Shown piece after piece: positions 1-8,726 of a stretch of 64,000 nt of DNA (the first letter of the stretch is position 1; the number at the start of each line of letters is the position of its first letter). Both the position numbers and the translations under genes were made by a program. The stretch spans positions 1,952,001 through 2,016,000 of the forward strand of contig CAWCKW010000012.1 in NCBI GenBank assembly GCA_963796285.1, read 5' to 3'. This DNA is from Nitrospirota bacterium (GTDB lineage Bacteria > Nitrospirota > UBA9217). The notes beneath the pieces were generated by a model. The model saw only the letters and a list, made by a program, of their open reading frames with translations, was not told the DNA's origin and searched no databases.

Positions 1-137
1 ACCTTCGTCATCTGGGCGTCGGTTATCGTCGTCTGGATCGTGTCTGCAACGAAATAGCTGTACAAGACCGCCAGGATGCAAACCGCGATTCCGATCGCGA
101 TTGTCCTGAATTTTAAACTTCTGAAAAATCCCGCCAT
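1..137 (-). CDS. 5' part of a membrane-anchored protein, probably a sensor; runs off the window edge
   Basis: ATG at 137 after a GAGGGGG RBS; reads MAGFFRSLKFRTIAIGIAVCILAVLYSYFVADTIQ, one hydrophobic helix, open to position 1. Confidence 0.6.
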   Translation of the reverse strand, partial: MAGFFRSLKFRTIAIGIAVCILAVLYSYFVADTIQTTITDAQMTK

Positions 138-221
138 GACATCCCCCTCTGTTGTTGATTGGTCATTCAAGATTTTTATCTCTCTCGCGTATGCGGCCGA
201 GAGGCGTAAGTGGGTCGATGC

Positions 222-265
222 AAAACAATAAAAAGCCCTCCGCCAGTTACCGGCAAAGGGCTTTT
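222..265 (-). terminator. Intrinsic terminator after the glutamate synthase operon
   Basis: Minus strand AAAAGCCCTTTGCC-GGTAACT-GGCGGAGGGCTTTT followed by a T-rich tail. Confidence 0.65.
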
Positions 266-364
266 GGAATGCATATCACTTCGTGGCTGAATATATTTTT
301 ATCCATAGATATCCGTGTCTACCCCGTTCGATTCTTCTCACAGGGGAAATCCGCGGCAACGACA

Positions 365-2689
365 TTACACGTTCTCCACCATGTCCCATACGCCGCAGGG
401 GCAGATGCCGGCGCAGAAGCCGCAGCCGATGCAGAGGTTCTCATCAACCACATACTCGAATGACTTGTTCGACAACTTCTTGCGGGAAATAGCGCCGTAG
501 TAGCACGACTGTTCGCACATTCCGCAGTCGCGGCAGGAGCCGCAGCTCATGCAGCGGTCGGCTTCCTTCTTTGCCGAGAACTTGCCGACCATCCTGCAAA
601 CCTCGTAGTACTGGGTCTTGACCTTCTCGTAGGGGATCACGCGCCGCTCTTCGGGTACATAGTCCGTGTTCATCAGCTGGGCATTGATCACATCGGCGGC
701 AACCTTGCCCTGGCCTATGGCATGCGTCACCAGTCCCGGTTTGGTCGCGTCGCCGATGGCGAAGACCTTCACGTCCGAGGTCTGGTTCAGGTCGTTCACC
801 GTGATGTAGCCGCGCTCGGTGTTGATCGACGGAGGCAGGAAGTCGAGGACCGGCTTCTCGCCGATGGAGATGATGACCAGGTCCGCATCGATGCTCGTAT
901 TGTCCTTGAAATAGAGTTTTTTTGCCCTTGCATCGTACTTCTCGGTGATCTTCGGGAACAGGATCTGCGTGCCTTTTTCCTTGGCCATCGCCTGCTCTTT
1001 GCCGAAACTGGCGGGCTTCTGAACGTCGACGGCGGTCACGCTCTCTGCGCCGTGGTCATACGCCTGGCAGGCGATGTCCATACCCACATTGCCCGCGCCG
1101 ATCACGACGACCTTCTTGCCCGTCAGGTTCCGGGGTTTGCCGAAGTTCACTTCCTTGAGGTAGTCGATGCCCGCGACCACGTCTTCGTGACCCGGGAACG
1201 GGATCACCCGGCCTTCATGCGCGCCCACGGCGATGACCACCACGTCGTGGTCCTTGTATATCTTCTCGAACTTCTTTTTGTCCACGGGGGACTTTACGTG
1301 GGTATTCACGCCGATCTCTGCAAAGCGCGAAAGCTCCTTGTCCAGGATCTTCTGGGGCAGGCGCTCGCGCGGGATGCACATCTCGAGCTTTCCGCCGATC
1401 TTGTCTGATGCTTCATAGAGATCAACGGTATGGCCCTTGAGGCCAAGCTGCCATGCCGCGGAAAGACCGCCCGGTCCGCCGCCGATGATCGCGATGCTCT
1501 GGCCCGTTGACTTTGCCTTCTTTGGCGCCTTGAGATTCAGCGCCGCCGAACCGTACGCCTTGATATTCAGCGGCTGGTCGATCCTGCCGCGGGTGCAATC
1601 GGTCATGCAGAGGTTCGGGCAGACCGTGCCGCAGACCGTTGCCGGAAGCGGGCTGTACTGGAGCACGAGCGCCAGCGCCTCGGCGGTTCTCCCCTGCCTG
1701 ATGAGCTGCGCGCGCTTGTGCGACGGGATGCGCGAGGGGCACGCATAGGCGCAGGGTGGAAGATACTTGTCGTTCTTCCAGACCGGCATCCAGCGGCGCT
1801 CCTCGCCGGTGGTTATATAAGGAAGCACGGAACGGTCATGGGTAAGATAGGCGCCGAACATGCCCCCCTTGCCTACTTCCTTCTCCCACACATTCATGCG
1901 GAACTCGGTGAGTCCCATCTTGAGCTTGCCCTTTGCCTTTGCTTTTTCCGCCGGCGTAAAGGAAATGAGCTTCTTCCAGGCAGTGATGTCCTTCGTGAGC
2001 TCTTCGTAATGGGACATGCGGTCGATGGCCTGAAGATAGGGCTTCATGTTCGTGGTGAGCCACTCCCAGTCCTGGGGGGTGAGGTCCACGAGCTGTACAT
2101 CAGCCTTGCTGTATTCCTTGATGGGGCCGCGGAAATAGATCGTGCCGCCGACCATGCCCACGCAGGGACGGTAGCCCAGGATATTTTCCGGATCGCGGGG
2201 ATCCACGCCGCAGACAACGGCAATGCCGCCTGCCTTGAACTCGGCAAAGGAGTCGCCCACGCCGCGGAAGTACCAGGACTGAAGGTCCGGGAAACGCGGG
2301 TTCTTCTTGGTCATCGTGTCGCACCGCGCGCCACCGCCGCCCTGGACATAGAGCTTGCCCTGTGCGCCTGCGTTGTGCGCGCCGTTCGCCACGTCGCCGA
2401 GGACGGTGATGGTAGCGCCGCAGTTGAGCCAGCCCGTATCGTCAGAGGTTGAGCCCTTGACCAGGATCTCGGTACCGTCCATGCCCATGCTGCCGACGCG
2501 CTGACCCGAGGTGCCCTCGATGGTGACCTTGATCTTTCCCTCGCGGGGCCAGATCCTGCCGCCGATGCCGTGCTGGCCTTCAGCAATGACGTCGATTTCC
2601 CTGGCGCCGTCCTTGACGGCCTTCTGGACCTGCTCTTCGAGGTCCTTGGAAGAGACCCGTTTTCCGTCGATATTGCCTTTGATGATCAT
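365..2689 (-). CDS. Glutamate synthase subunit: GXGXG domain fused to a GltD-like FAD/NAD(P)H oxidoreductase and a C-terminal 2x[4Fe-4S] ferredoxin
   Basis: Start re-placed at MIIKGNIDG (ATG 2689, GAGG RBS); glycine-rich GXGXG repeats, IIGGGPGG and VIGAGNVG Rossmann motifs, PCAYACP / VCGTVCPNLC Cys motifs, CMSCGSCRDCGMC and CIGCGFCAGICP. Confidence 0.9.
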   Translation of the reverse strand: MIIKGNIDGKRVSSKDLEEQVQKAVKDGAREIDVIAEGQHGIGGRIWPREGKIKVTIEGTSGQRVGSMGMDGTEILVKGSTSDDTGWLNCGATITVLGDVANGAHNAGAQGKLYVQGGGGARCDTMTKKNPRFPDLQSWYFRGVGDSFAEFKAGGIAVVCGVDPRDPENILGYRPCVGMVGGTIYFRGPIKEYSKADVQLVDLTPQDWEWLTTNMKPYLQAIDRMSHYEELTKDITAWKKLISFTPAEKAKAKGKLKMGLTEFRMNVWEKEVGKGGMFGAYLTHDRSVLPYITTGEERRWMPVWKNDKYLPPCAYACPSRIPSHKRAQLIRQGRTAEALALVLQYSPLPATVCGTVCPNLCMTDCTRGRIDQPLNIKAYGSAALNLKAPKKAKSTGQSIAIIGGGPGGLSAAWQLGLKGHTVDLYEASDKIGGKLEMCIPRERLPQKILDKELSRFAEIGVNTHVKSPVDKKKFEKIYKDHDVVVIAVGAHEGRVIPFPGHEDVVAGIDYLKEVNFGKPRNLTGKKVVVIGAGNVGMDIACQAYDHGAESVTAVDVQKPASFGKEQAMAKEKGTQILFPKITEKYDARAKKLYFKDNTSIDADLVIISIGEKPVLDFLPPSINTERGYITVNDLNQTSDVKVFAIGDATKPGLVTHAIGQGKVAADVINAQLMNTDYVPEERRVIPYEKVKTQYYEVCRMVGKFSAKKEADRCMSCGSCRDCGMCEQSCYYGAISRKKLSNKSFEYVVDENLCIGCGFCAGICPCGVWDMVENV

Positions 2690-2708
2690 TGTTCCCTCAA
2701 AACAATAA

Positions 2709-2779
2709 GGAGTCAGAGAGCCAGGAGACAGGAGCCGGAAGAAAATCTCGCTTTTCTCCGTGACTTCTGACTCCTGACT
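2709..2779. repeat. Intergenic palindrome built from imperfect 7-mers (AGTCAGG type)
   Basis: Left GGAGTCAGAGAGCCAGGAGACAGGAGCCGG; right TGACTTCTGACTCCTGACT (reverse complement AGTCAGGAGTCAGAAGTCA). Confidence 0.75.
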
Positions 2780-2795
2780 GCTGTTTACTGTCGTT

Positions 2796-4451
2796 CTAAC
2801 ACACGTAGCTGATCTGCAGCCGGTCCGCAATCTCCTTGTCCGCAACGCCGAGAGCGTCGGACATGCCGATCGGAAGCTCGGTGCTCCTGCCGAGCGGCGC
2901 GAATATCTTTTTGAGCTCCACGTCTGCCGCCTTGAACACTTCCACCACGCGCTCGGCCACCTTGTCGGGATCGAGCCTGCGATACAGCTTCGGGTCCTGG
3001 GTCGTAATGCCGCGCGGACACTTGCCGAGGTTGCAGACGTTGCAGCGGTTGTACTCGTCTCCGAAGCAGCCTGCGGCGGCCTGCATGATGTACTTGCCGA
3101 TGTCCACGGCTGACGCACCGAGCATGATGAGCGCTGCCGCGTTCGCCGCGAGGTTGCCGCCCTTGCCTACGCCGCCCGCGGCGATGAGCGGGAGCTCGTT
3201 CTGCTTGCCTTGTCTCACGAGATCAAGGTAGCAGTCGCGGATGTTCGACGCGATGGGGTGCCCCATTTTGTCCAGGGAAACATTGTAGGCCGCGCCGGTG
3301 CCGCCGTCCTCGCCGTCGATGCAGAGCGCCGCGGCATAGGGGTTCCGGGCGAGGTTGTTCAGCACGGCACGGGCCGTCTTGGTCCCGGAAATTTTCGGAT
3401 ATACCGGCACACGGAATCCCCAGGCCATGGACATGGACTGGATCATCTTCGCGACCGCCTCTTCAATGGAGTATTTGGTCTGATGCGTCGGCGGCGAAGC
3501 AAGGTCGACGAACTGGGGAACCCCGCGGATCTTCGCGATGAGCCCGAGCACTTTATATGCCTGAAGCAGGCCGCCGTCGCCGGGCTTTGCGCCCTGGCCG
3601 TACTTGATCTCGATGGCCGCGGGGTCTTCGACCATGTCAGGAAGACAACGGATGATCTCGTCCCAGCCGAAATAGCCGGACGCGATCTGGATAATGAAAT
3701 ATTTCAGGTATCGCGACTTGAGGATGCTCGGCGGCAGACCGCCCTCGCCGGAGCACATGACCACGGGCAGACCTTCGACTTCGTTCAGATAGGTGATGCC
3801 CATGGCAAGACCTTCCCACATGTGCGGTGAAAGGGCGCCGATGGACATGCTGCCGATGCGGATGGGGTAGATCTCACGCACCGGCGGTATGAAGGTGTGG
3901 CTGCTGATCGTCAGTTTATCGCCTTCAACCTTTATCGGAAGCTGCTCCGCGGGAAGGTTCCTGCCCAGGAGCGTCCTGATGCGAAACTCATGACGTCCGG
4001 CATCCAGGGCCGGATCGGTGAGCATCGAGATCCGGGTGAACTTGAGCTTGTCGAGCGTTGAAGTTGCCGGATCGTTCCGCCGTCCGCCGCGCATGAAGGG
4101 GATGCCGCCCTTGTTCCTGAAGTGGTAGAGCTTGTGCTGGAAGTTGTATTCCGGGAAGATTGCGTCCGTCGGGCAAACGAGCGTGCAGGTGCCGCAGCCG
4201 ATGCAGTACCGATCGATCTCCGTGACCTGGCGCACCACCTGGGTCAACCGGCGGGTGACTTTGGGTTCGGGGCTCGCGCCCGCGGAGGTCACCACCCGCT
4301 GGGTGTAGACTGTGGCCTCAATGGACTTCATGGGGCAGACGGCCGTGCAGCGGCCGCAGCGGGTGCAACGGTCCTCGCGCCACTGGATGATATAGGGAAG
4401 CTCTTTTAACGAGAGCTGATGGTTCTGGTCTAACCGTGCAGCTGATTCCAT
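2796..4451 (-). CDS. Glutamate synthase FMN-binding subunit with N-terminal 2x[4Fe-4S] domain
   Basis: CTRCGRCTAVCP and CIGCGTCTLVCP; MSIGALS, SGEGG, QIASG, EIKYGQGAKPGDGG, DGEDGGTGA, CPRGITTQDP. Confidence 0.93.
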   Translation of the reverse strand: MESAARLDQNHQLSLKELPYIIQWREDRCTRCGRCTAVCPMKSIEATVYTQRVVTSAGASPEPKVTRRLTQVVRQVTEIDRYCIGCGTCTLVCPTDAIFPEYNFQHKLYHFRNKGGIPFMRGGRRNDPATSTLDKLKFTRISMLTDPALDAGRHEFRIRTLLGRNLPAEQLPIKVEGDKLTISSHTFIPPVREIYPIRIGSMSIGALSPHMWEGLAMGITYLNEVEGLPVVMCSGEGGLPPSILKSRYLKYFIIQIASGYFGWDEIIRCLPDMVEDPAAIEIKYGQGAKPGDGGLLQAYKVLGLIAKIRGVPQFVDLASPPTHQTKYSIEEAVAKMIQSMSMAWGFRVPVYPKISGTKTARAVLNNLARNPYAAALCIDGEDGGTGAAYNVSLDKMGHPIASNIRDCYLDLVRQGKQNELPLIAAGGVGKGGNLAANAAALIMLGASAVDIGKYIMQAAAGCFGDEYNRCNVCNLGKCPRGITTQDPKLYRRLDPDKVAERVVEVFKAADVELKKIFAPLGRSTELPIGMSDALGVADKEIADRLQISYVC

Positions 4452-4569
4452 ACCTGCACCTCCTGTGCTCCGGGCGCGATGATCACTATTAGCGAGATCT
4501 GATAGTTGTTATCTAACCGTGAAGCTGATTCCATACCTTAACCTCCCGCGCGCCGGGCGCGATGATCAC
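4404..4569. repeat. Imperfect tandem duplication, period 83 bp, spanning the junction of the amidotransferase and FMN-subunit genes
   Basis: Minus-strand GTGATCATCGCGCCCGG...GGAGGT...GGTATGGAATCAGCT.CACGGTTAGA occurs twice, with ATGs at 4534 and 4451. Confidence 0.92.
4430..4534 (-). other. 34-aa chimeric mini-ORF created by the duplication
   Basis: Manual translation MESASRLDNNYQISLIVIIAPGAQEVQVWNQLHG*, with a GGAGG RBS upstream. Confidence 0.55.
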
Positions 4570-5622
4570 CGTGTCGTACTTCATGGGGAAGATATCTGTT
4601 GTTTTGTCCCGGTCCGGCACGGCGCTGTCAACGCCGCAGACCTCGGACATGAGCGCGTACTTGCCGGGCTTGCCGCCGACGGCGCCGGGCCTGAGCTTCT
4701 TGGAATCGTGCACCATGAAACACGCGCCGTCGGGCGTGAACCCGATCACGCAATTCGGGCCGTCGATGCAGAGCGGCCGGAGCGATTTTTTGAGCAGCCG
4801 CAGCGGCTCCGCGTCGGAGCGCTTCGCGATCTCCGCGTCCTTCATCGGCGTGATGATGTCCTTGTAGTAATGAAGCGGATATCCGAGCGTCCGGTTCGTG
4901 TAGTGCAGAATATGGGTAAAGACCTCGGAGTCTGAATTATATCCCATGTACCCCGGGTTGCCCCGCCCCATGAGAAATTCACGGATCGGCACAAAGGCCG
5001 TGTTCTCGCCGTTCGTCATGGTGGCGTAGCCCTGGATGAAGAAGGGATGACAGGCATAGAGATAAATGGCATAGTTCGTATTCTGACGCCCCTGGGCAAG
5101 GACGATCTTCGACTTGATGCCGGACTTCTCGATGCCGAAGAACTCGCCGAGCTGAAGCGGATCGCCCACTTCCTTGAGGGTGAGCACGTCAGGATAGAAG
5201 GAGAATACGAAGAGCGACCCGTCGGGTTCACCCATCATCCTGAGCGCGATCCTCGTGCGCAGGAGCAGGTCTTCCTTTTCCCGCTGGGTCTTGTCCTTAT
5301 ACGCAGCGGGATAATCGTAGACCTTGGCAATATAGTGCTCGCGGCGCTCGACGCCCGGAACGTTCTTGATCGGCGGTTCCCAGATCATCTTCTCCGTGAA
5401 ACCGCGGGCGTTCATGTACTCATCGAGCATGGCAAGGCCCTTATCCGAACAGATCGCGGAAAGCGTGGGGTAGTTCTTAACGTCCGAGAATGGACCGGCC
5501 ATGTCCTTGAGCATGAGTCCCAGGCCCGAACCATCGTGGCCTTCCTTCATGGTCTCAAGCGCATAGATGTTCTCCATGGGGGAAATATATTCGCTCGATG
5601 TGATTGCGCTCAAACGGCACAT
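4513..5622 (-). CDS. Class II (Ntn) glutamine amidotransferase, glutamate synthase domain 1 as a stand-alone subunit
   Basis: N-terminal MC nucleophile, GHDGSG, RQNTN, HPF, NGEN, SDSE, KLRP; AGGAG RBS. Confidence 0.92.
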   Translation of the reverse strand: MCRLSAITSSEYISPMENIYALETMKEGHDGSGLGLMLKDMAGPFSDVKNYPTLSAICSDKGLAMLDEYMNARGFTEKMIWEPPIKNVPGVERREHYIAKVYDYPAAYKDKTQREKEDLLLRTRIALRMMGEPDGSLFVFSFYPDVLTLKEVGDPLQLGEFFGIEKSGIKSKIVLAQGRQNTNYAIYLYACHPFFIQGYATMTNGENTAFVPIREFLMGRGNPGYMGYNSDSEVFTHILHYTNRTLGYPLHYYKDIITPMKDAEIAKRSDAEPLRLLKKSLRPLCIDGPNCVIGFTPDGACFMVHDSKKLRPGAVGGKPGKYALMSEVCGVDSAVPDRDKTTDIFPMKYDTVIIAPGAREVKVWNQLHG

Positions 5623-5817
5623 GGTTGACTCCTGAATGAAACCAAAAGATCAAATCCTCGATACGAGATAGCAAGCAACCTGCAATTATCAGTTCGCAAC
5701 ATTTGGAACCTGGCCCTTAAAATCTATTCGAGGCTTTGTCGAAAACGCAGCTGATCGATTCGGCGCCTGGGATGTTAACATTGCCTTCTTTATCCTGCCT
5801 CATTTTTATGCAGTGTC

Positions 5818-5844
5818 AAAAAAAGCCCCTTTTTAGGGGCTTTT
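5818..5844 (-). terminator. Intrinsic terminator downstream of the DUF255 gene
   Basis: Minus strand AAAAGCCCCT-AAAA-AGGGGCTTTTTTT. Confidence 0.75.
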
Positions 5845-5854
5845 GGCGTGCCAA
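5839..5854 (-). promoter_or_regulatory. Candidate sigma54 promoter for the glutamate synthase operon
   Basis: TTGGCACG-CCAA-AAGC: perfect -24 element and GG-N10-GC spacing, but -12 is AAGC rather than TTGC. Confidence 0.35.
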
Positions 5855-5957
5855 ATGATAGCTGAGACGTGATACAATACACCCGATTGCGCACTGCTGT
5901 CAAGCCGAAATTTCTGATTTGGAAACGAAAAAGAGATGGCAGGAGTGCGCGGGAACG

Positions 5958-7913
5958 CTAAAGTTCTCCGCAAATATCTCCGAGGCGGGCGGGATCACTG
6001 AGCGGCTCATGGCACACGTCCTGTTTACATGGGATGACCCTGCCATTGTCCTCGCCGTATGCGATCGCCGTGTAAGTACGGCCGGCAAGAGCGCGTGCCG
6101 CCTTTGCGAGACCTCCCTCAGGCGCCGCCTCGACGGCAAGCTTGAGCATGTGAAACGATGCTTCCAGCGCGCAGAAATAGGAGCCTGCATGGACGTTCAT
6201 TTCACGTGCTACTCCGGCAAATATCCTGAGGGTCTGCTCTGCAGAACGCCGGTACCCGTCCTTCCCGGTCAAAAGAAAGAGCTTCAGGAGAACCATGATG
6301 GCCACGGCATTGGCCGATGGATGAGGTACGTCCTCGATCCTCTTGAGCCGGGTGCCCAGGACCTCCTCCTCCGTGTCAAAGAATCCGCCTTCGCCGGCAT
6401 CGTAAAACTTTTGAAGACAGACGGTCATAAGCTCATCCGCCTGCTGAAGATAGCGCTGCTCTGCCGTTGCTTCATATGCCGAGATCAGAGCGTCAATGAG
6501 GTTGACATAATCATCGAGCACGGCCAATACGTCCTCCGTGTGCATCAGCCGACCACGCACAAAACGTTCCCGCAGGACGCGCTCCAGGCTCGTTACTCCA
6601 AACTCCCGGATGCTCTCGTCGCCGAGCACGGCAGAGGCATGAAAATACGCGCTGATAAGCATACCGTTCAATGACGTGTAGCGTGTCGTGTCAATGAAAG
6701 GGGTCGCTCGCTGTGTGCGGGCCGCGAGCAGTTTTTTCTTGCCGGTCTGAATGAGACGCTGCAGGTCATCGACATTTTTCCCGAGACTCCTGGCGAGCTC
6801 CTGCAGTGAACGTGGTGCGAAGAGCACTTTCTTCTCAGGCGCATGATGCATGCTCCCCCTGTCGTGCAGCAGGGAGGCAGCGAGCACGGCATACTCCTCG
6901 GGATCGAGCACGTTCCTGAATTCCTCTTCTGTCCAGGTGAAATAACCGCCCTCGTCATCGGGTGTCACGTCCGCGTCCTGGCTGGCATAGAATCCGCCGG
7001 CGGGGTCGGACAGCACCTCCCTCGTGAACGCGATGATGCCCAGGGCAATATCACGAAACCGTTCATCGCCGAACACTGCGTAACCGTCAACGTAGTTTTT
7101 AAGAAGTCCTGCATTGTCGTCGGCCATCTTTTCGAAGTGCGGGACGATCCAGGCCTCATCCACGGAATAGCGATGGAACCCGCCGCCAAGCTGGTCATGA
7201 AAACCGCCCCCTGCCATGGCCTCGAGCATCCCGTGTGCAGCTTGACCCGCAGACCGGTCCGCGCTCTTTGCAGACCTCCGAAGGAAAAACTCCATTGCTC
7301 CCGGCATCGGAAACTTGGGCGCTGCACCGAACCCGCCGTTCTCATGGTCGACGAAGGAGAGCATGGCGATCTCAGCTTCTGCCAGCAGTGATTCGCTGAT
7401 ATCTCCCGCCGAGAGCGACCCGGGCTTGAGCGCCTCCATGACCTTGCGGGCATACTCCCCGGCCTCGCCCCGTTTTGTTTTATAAAATTCGCTCACGGCC
7501 TTGAGCACTTTTTTGAACCCTGGCCTGCCGTGAGCATCCTCGGGCGGGAAATAGGTGCCGCCGAAGAACGGCTCCTTCTCGGGCGTGAGAAAGACCGAGA
7601 GCGGCCACCCGCCCCCCGAGCCCATGGCGGCGACCGCCTGCTGATACCTGCGGTCGATGTCAGGCCGCTCGTCCCGGTCGAGCTTGACGGCGATGAAAAG
7701 CTCGTTCAGAAGCCCGGCGGTCTCATCGTCCTCGAAAGACTCCTTTGCCATGACGTGGCACCAGTGGCACCAAACCGCGCCGGTGCTCAGAAAGATCGGT
7801 TTGTCCTCCCGCCTTGCGCGTTCGAAAGCCTCGTCGGACCAGGGGTACCAGTCGATCTTCTGATGCGCCGCGTGTTTGAGGTAGGCTGATTTTTCGTTCG
7901 CGAGTCTGTTCAT
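5958..7913 (-). CDS. Thioredoxin-domain protein, YyaL/DUF255 family
   Basis: MNRLANEKSAYL, WCHWCHVMAKESFED, DRDERPDID, GGWPLSVFLTP, VPHFEKM. Confidence 0.95.
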   Translation of the reverse strand: MNRLANEKSAYLKHAAHQKIDWYPWSDEAFERARREDKPIFLSTGAVWCHWCHVMAKESFEDDETAGLLNELFIAVKLDRDERPDIDRRYQQAVAAMGSGGGWPLSVFLTPEKEPFFGGTYFPPEDAHGRPGFKKVLKAVSEFYKTKRGEAGEYARKVMEALKPGSLSAGDISESLLAEAEIAMLSFVDHENGGFGAAPKFPMPGAMEFFLRRSAKSADRSAGQAAHGMLEAMAGGGFHDQLGGGFHRYSVDEAWIVPHFEKMADDNAGLLKNYVDGYAVFGDERFRDIALGIIAFTREVLSDPAGGFYASQDADVTPDDEGGYFTWTEEEFRNVLDPEEYAVLAASLLHDRGSMHHAPEKKVLFAPRSLQELARSLGKNVDDLQRLIQTGKKKLLAARTQRATPFIDTTRYTSLNGMLISAYFHASAVLGDESIREFGVTSLERVLRERFVRGRLMHTEDVLAVLDDYVNLIDALISAYEATAEQRYLQQADELMTVCLQKFYDAGEGGFFDTEEEVLGTRLKRIEDVPHPSANAVAIMVLLKLFLLTGKDGYRRSAEQTLRIFAGVAREMNVHAGSYFCALEASFHMLKLAVEAAPEGGLAKAARALAGRTYTAIAYGEDNGRVIPCKQDVCHEPLSDPARLGDICGEL

Positions 7914-8080
7914 AATAAGGGAAATCTGCCACAGAGGCACTGAGACAGGTTACAAATAAGACAATTATAACGTTGAGAGCAGATACACATGGGTAATAAT
8001 CACGACCGATCACAGTCGTGACCGCACAACCTATTGAAAGCTTCGCGCATTCGTGTTTCTGCTGTGATCGGGCACCTATT

Positions 8081-8529
8081 TCAATACGTTTTCGGGTCCT
8101 CAGGCGGAAGCAGATGACTTCGTCAAAGGGCATCACGCCTAATTGGGTCATGACCGACTCGATCCCCGCAAGCAGCTCGCTGTAATCGAACCAGGGGATT
8201 TCCTCGTTCAACGCCTTTTCTGTCAGTCGGTCGAATGCCTCGAAATCGAATCGTCCGTCGAGCACTCCCGATCTTACCAGCACGGTATATGATATTTTAT
8301 CATCATTCAAATTCTCGCCTTCTTTGATATCGAGCTTCGCTATGTTCTCCTGGTCATCACAATATGACTGCATCGCGCCGTCAAGGGCATCATACAGCGC
8401 TGCGATGCCGGCGGATATCTTCCCCTGCCGCAGCCGTCTCTTCCCGCCGCGGATGTGGAGCCGCGCGCGCTGCCGTGGTCCCTCCACCGGCCCGAGAGCC
8501 TGTTCATCCATCAAGCCTGCATGGGGCAT
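8081..8529 (-). pseudogene. Hypothetical protein of about 150 aa, apparently frameshifted near its 3' end
   Basis: ATG 8529 after a GGAGG RBS (MPHAGLMDE...MPFDE); a plausible ending LLPPEDPKTY* lies in another frame (stop 8081-8083) while the in-frame read-through overlaps the next gene. Confidence 0.6.
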
Positions 8530-8726
8530 GAATACCTCCCTGATGTACGAATATCTACGTAGAAATTGCCGGCAACATCCACAGAAGTTGATGAAATAAA
8601 CAATATGAATCTTCTCGAATGGGGGATTACGACTTCTTTGACATTGATTTACATTGATTAAATGGTGAAGAATCACCGCATTGCAAAAGGGGTAATCCTC
8701 CGTTGTCCGTGATACTTTTTCTGGCC

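Noticed and set aside
138-364. Possible riboswitch among the hairpins upstream of the first gene
   Set aside because: No aptamer consensus recognised; the main hairpin is explained as a terminator
2690-3118. N-terminal 143 aa of the 917-aa ORF
   Set aside because: Overlaps the FMN-subunit gene in another frame and crosses a repeat; the real start is ATG 2689
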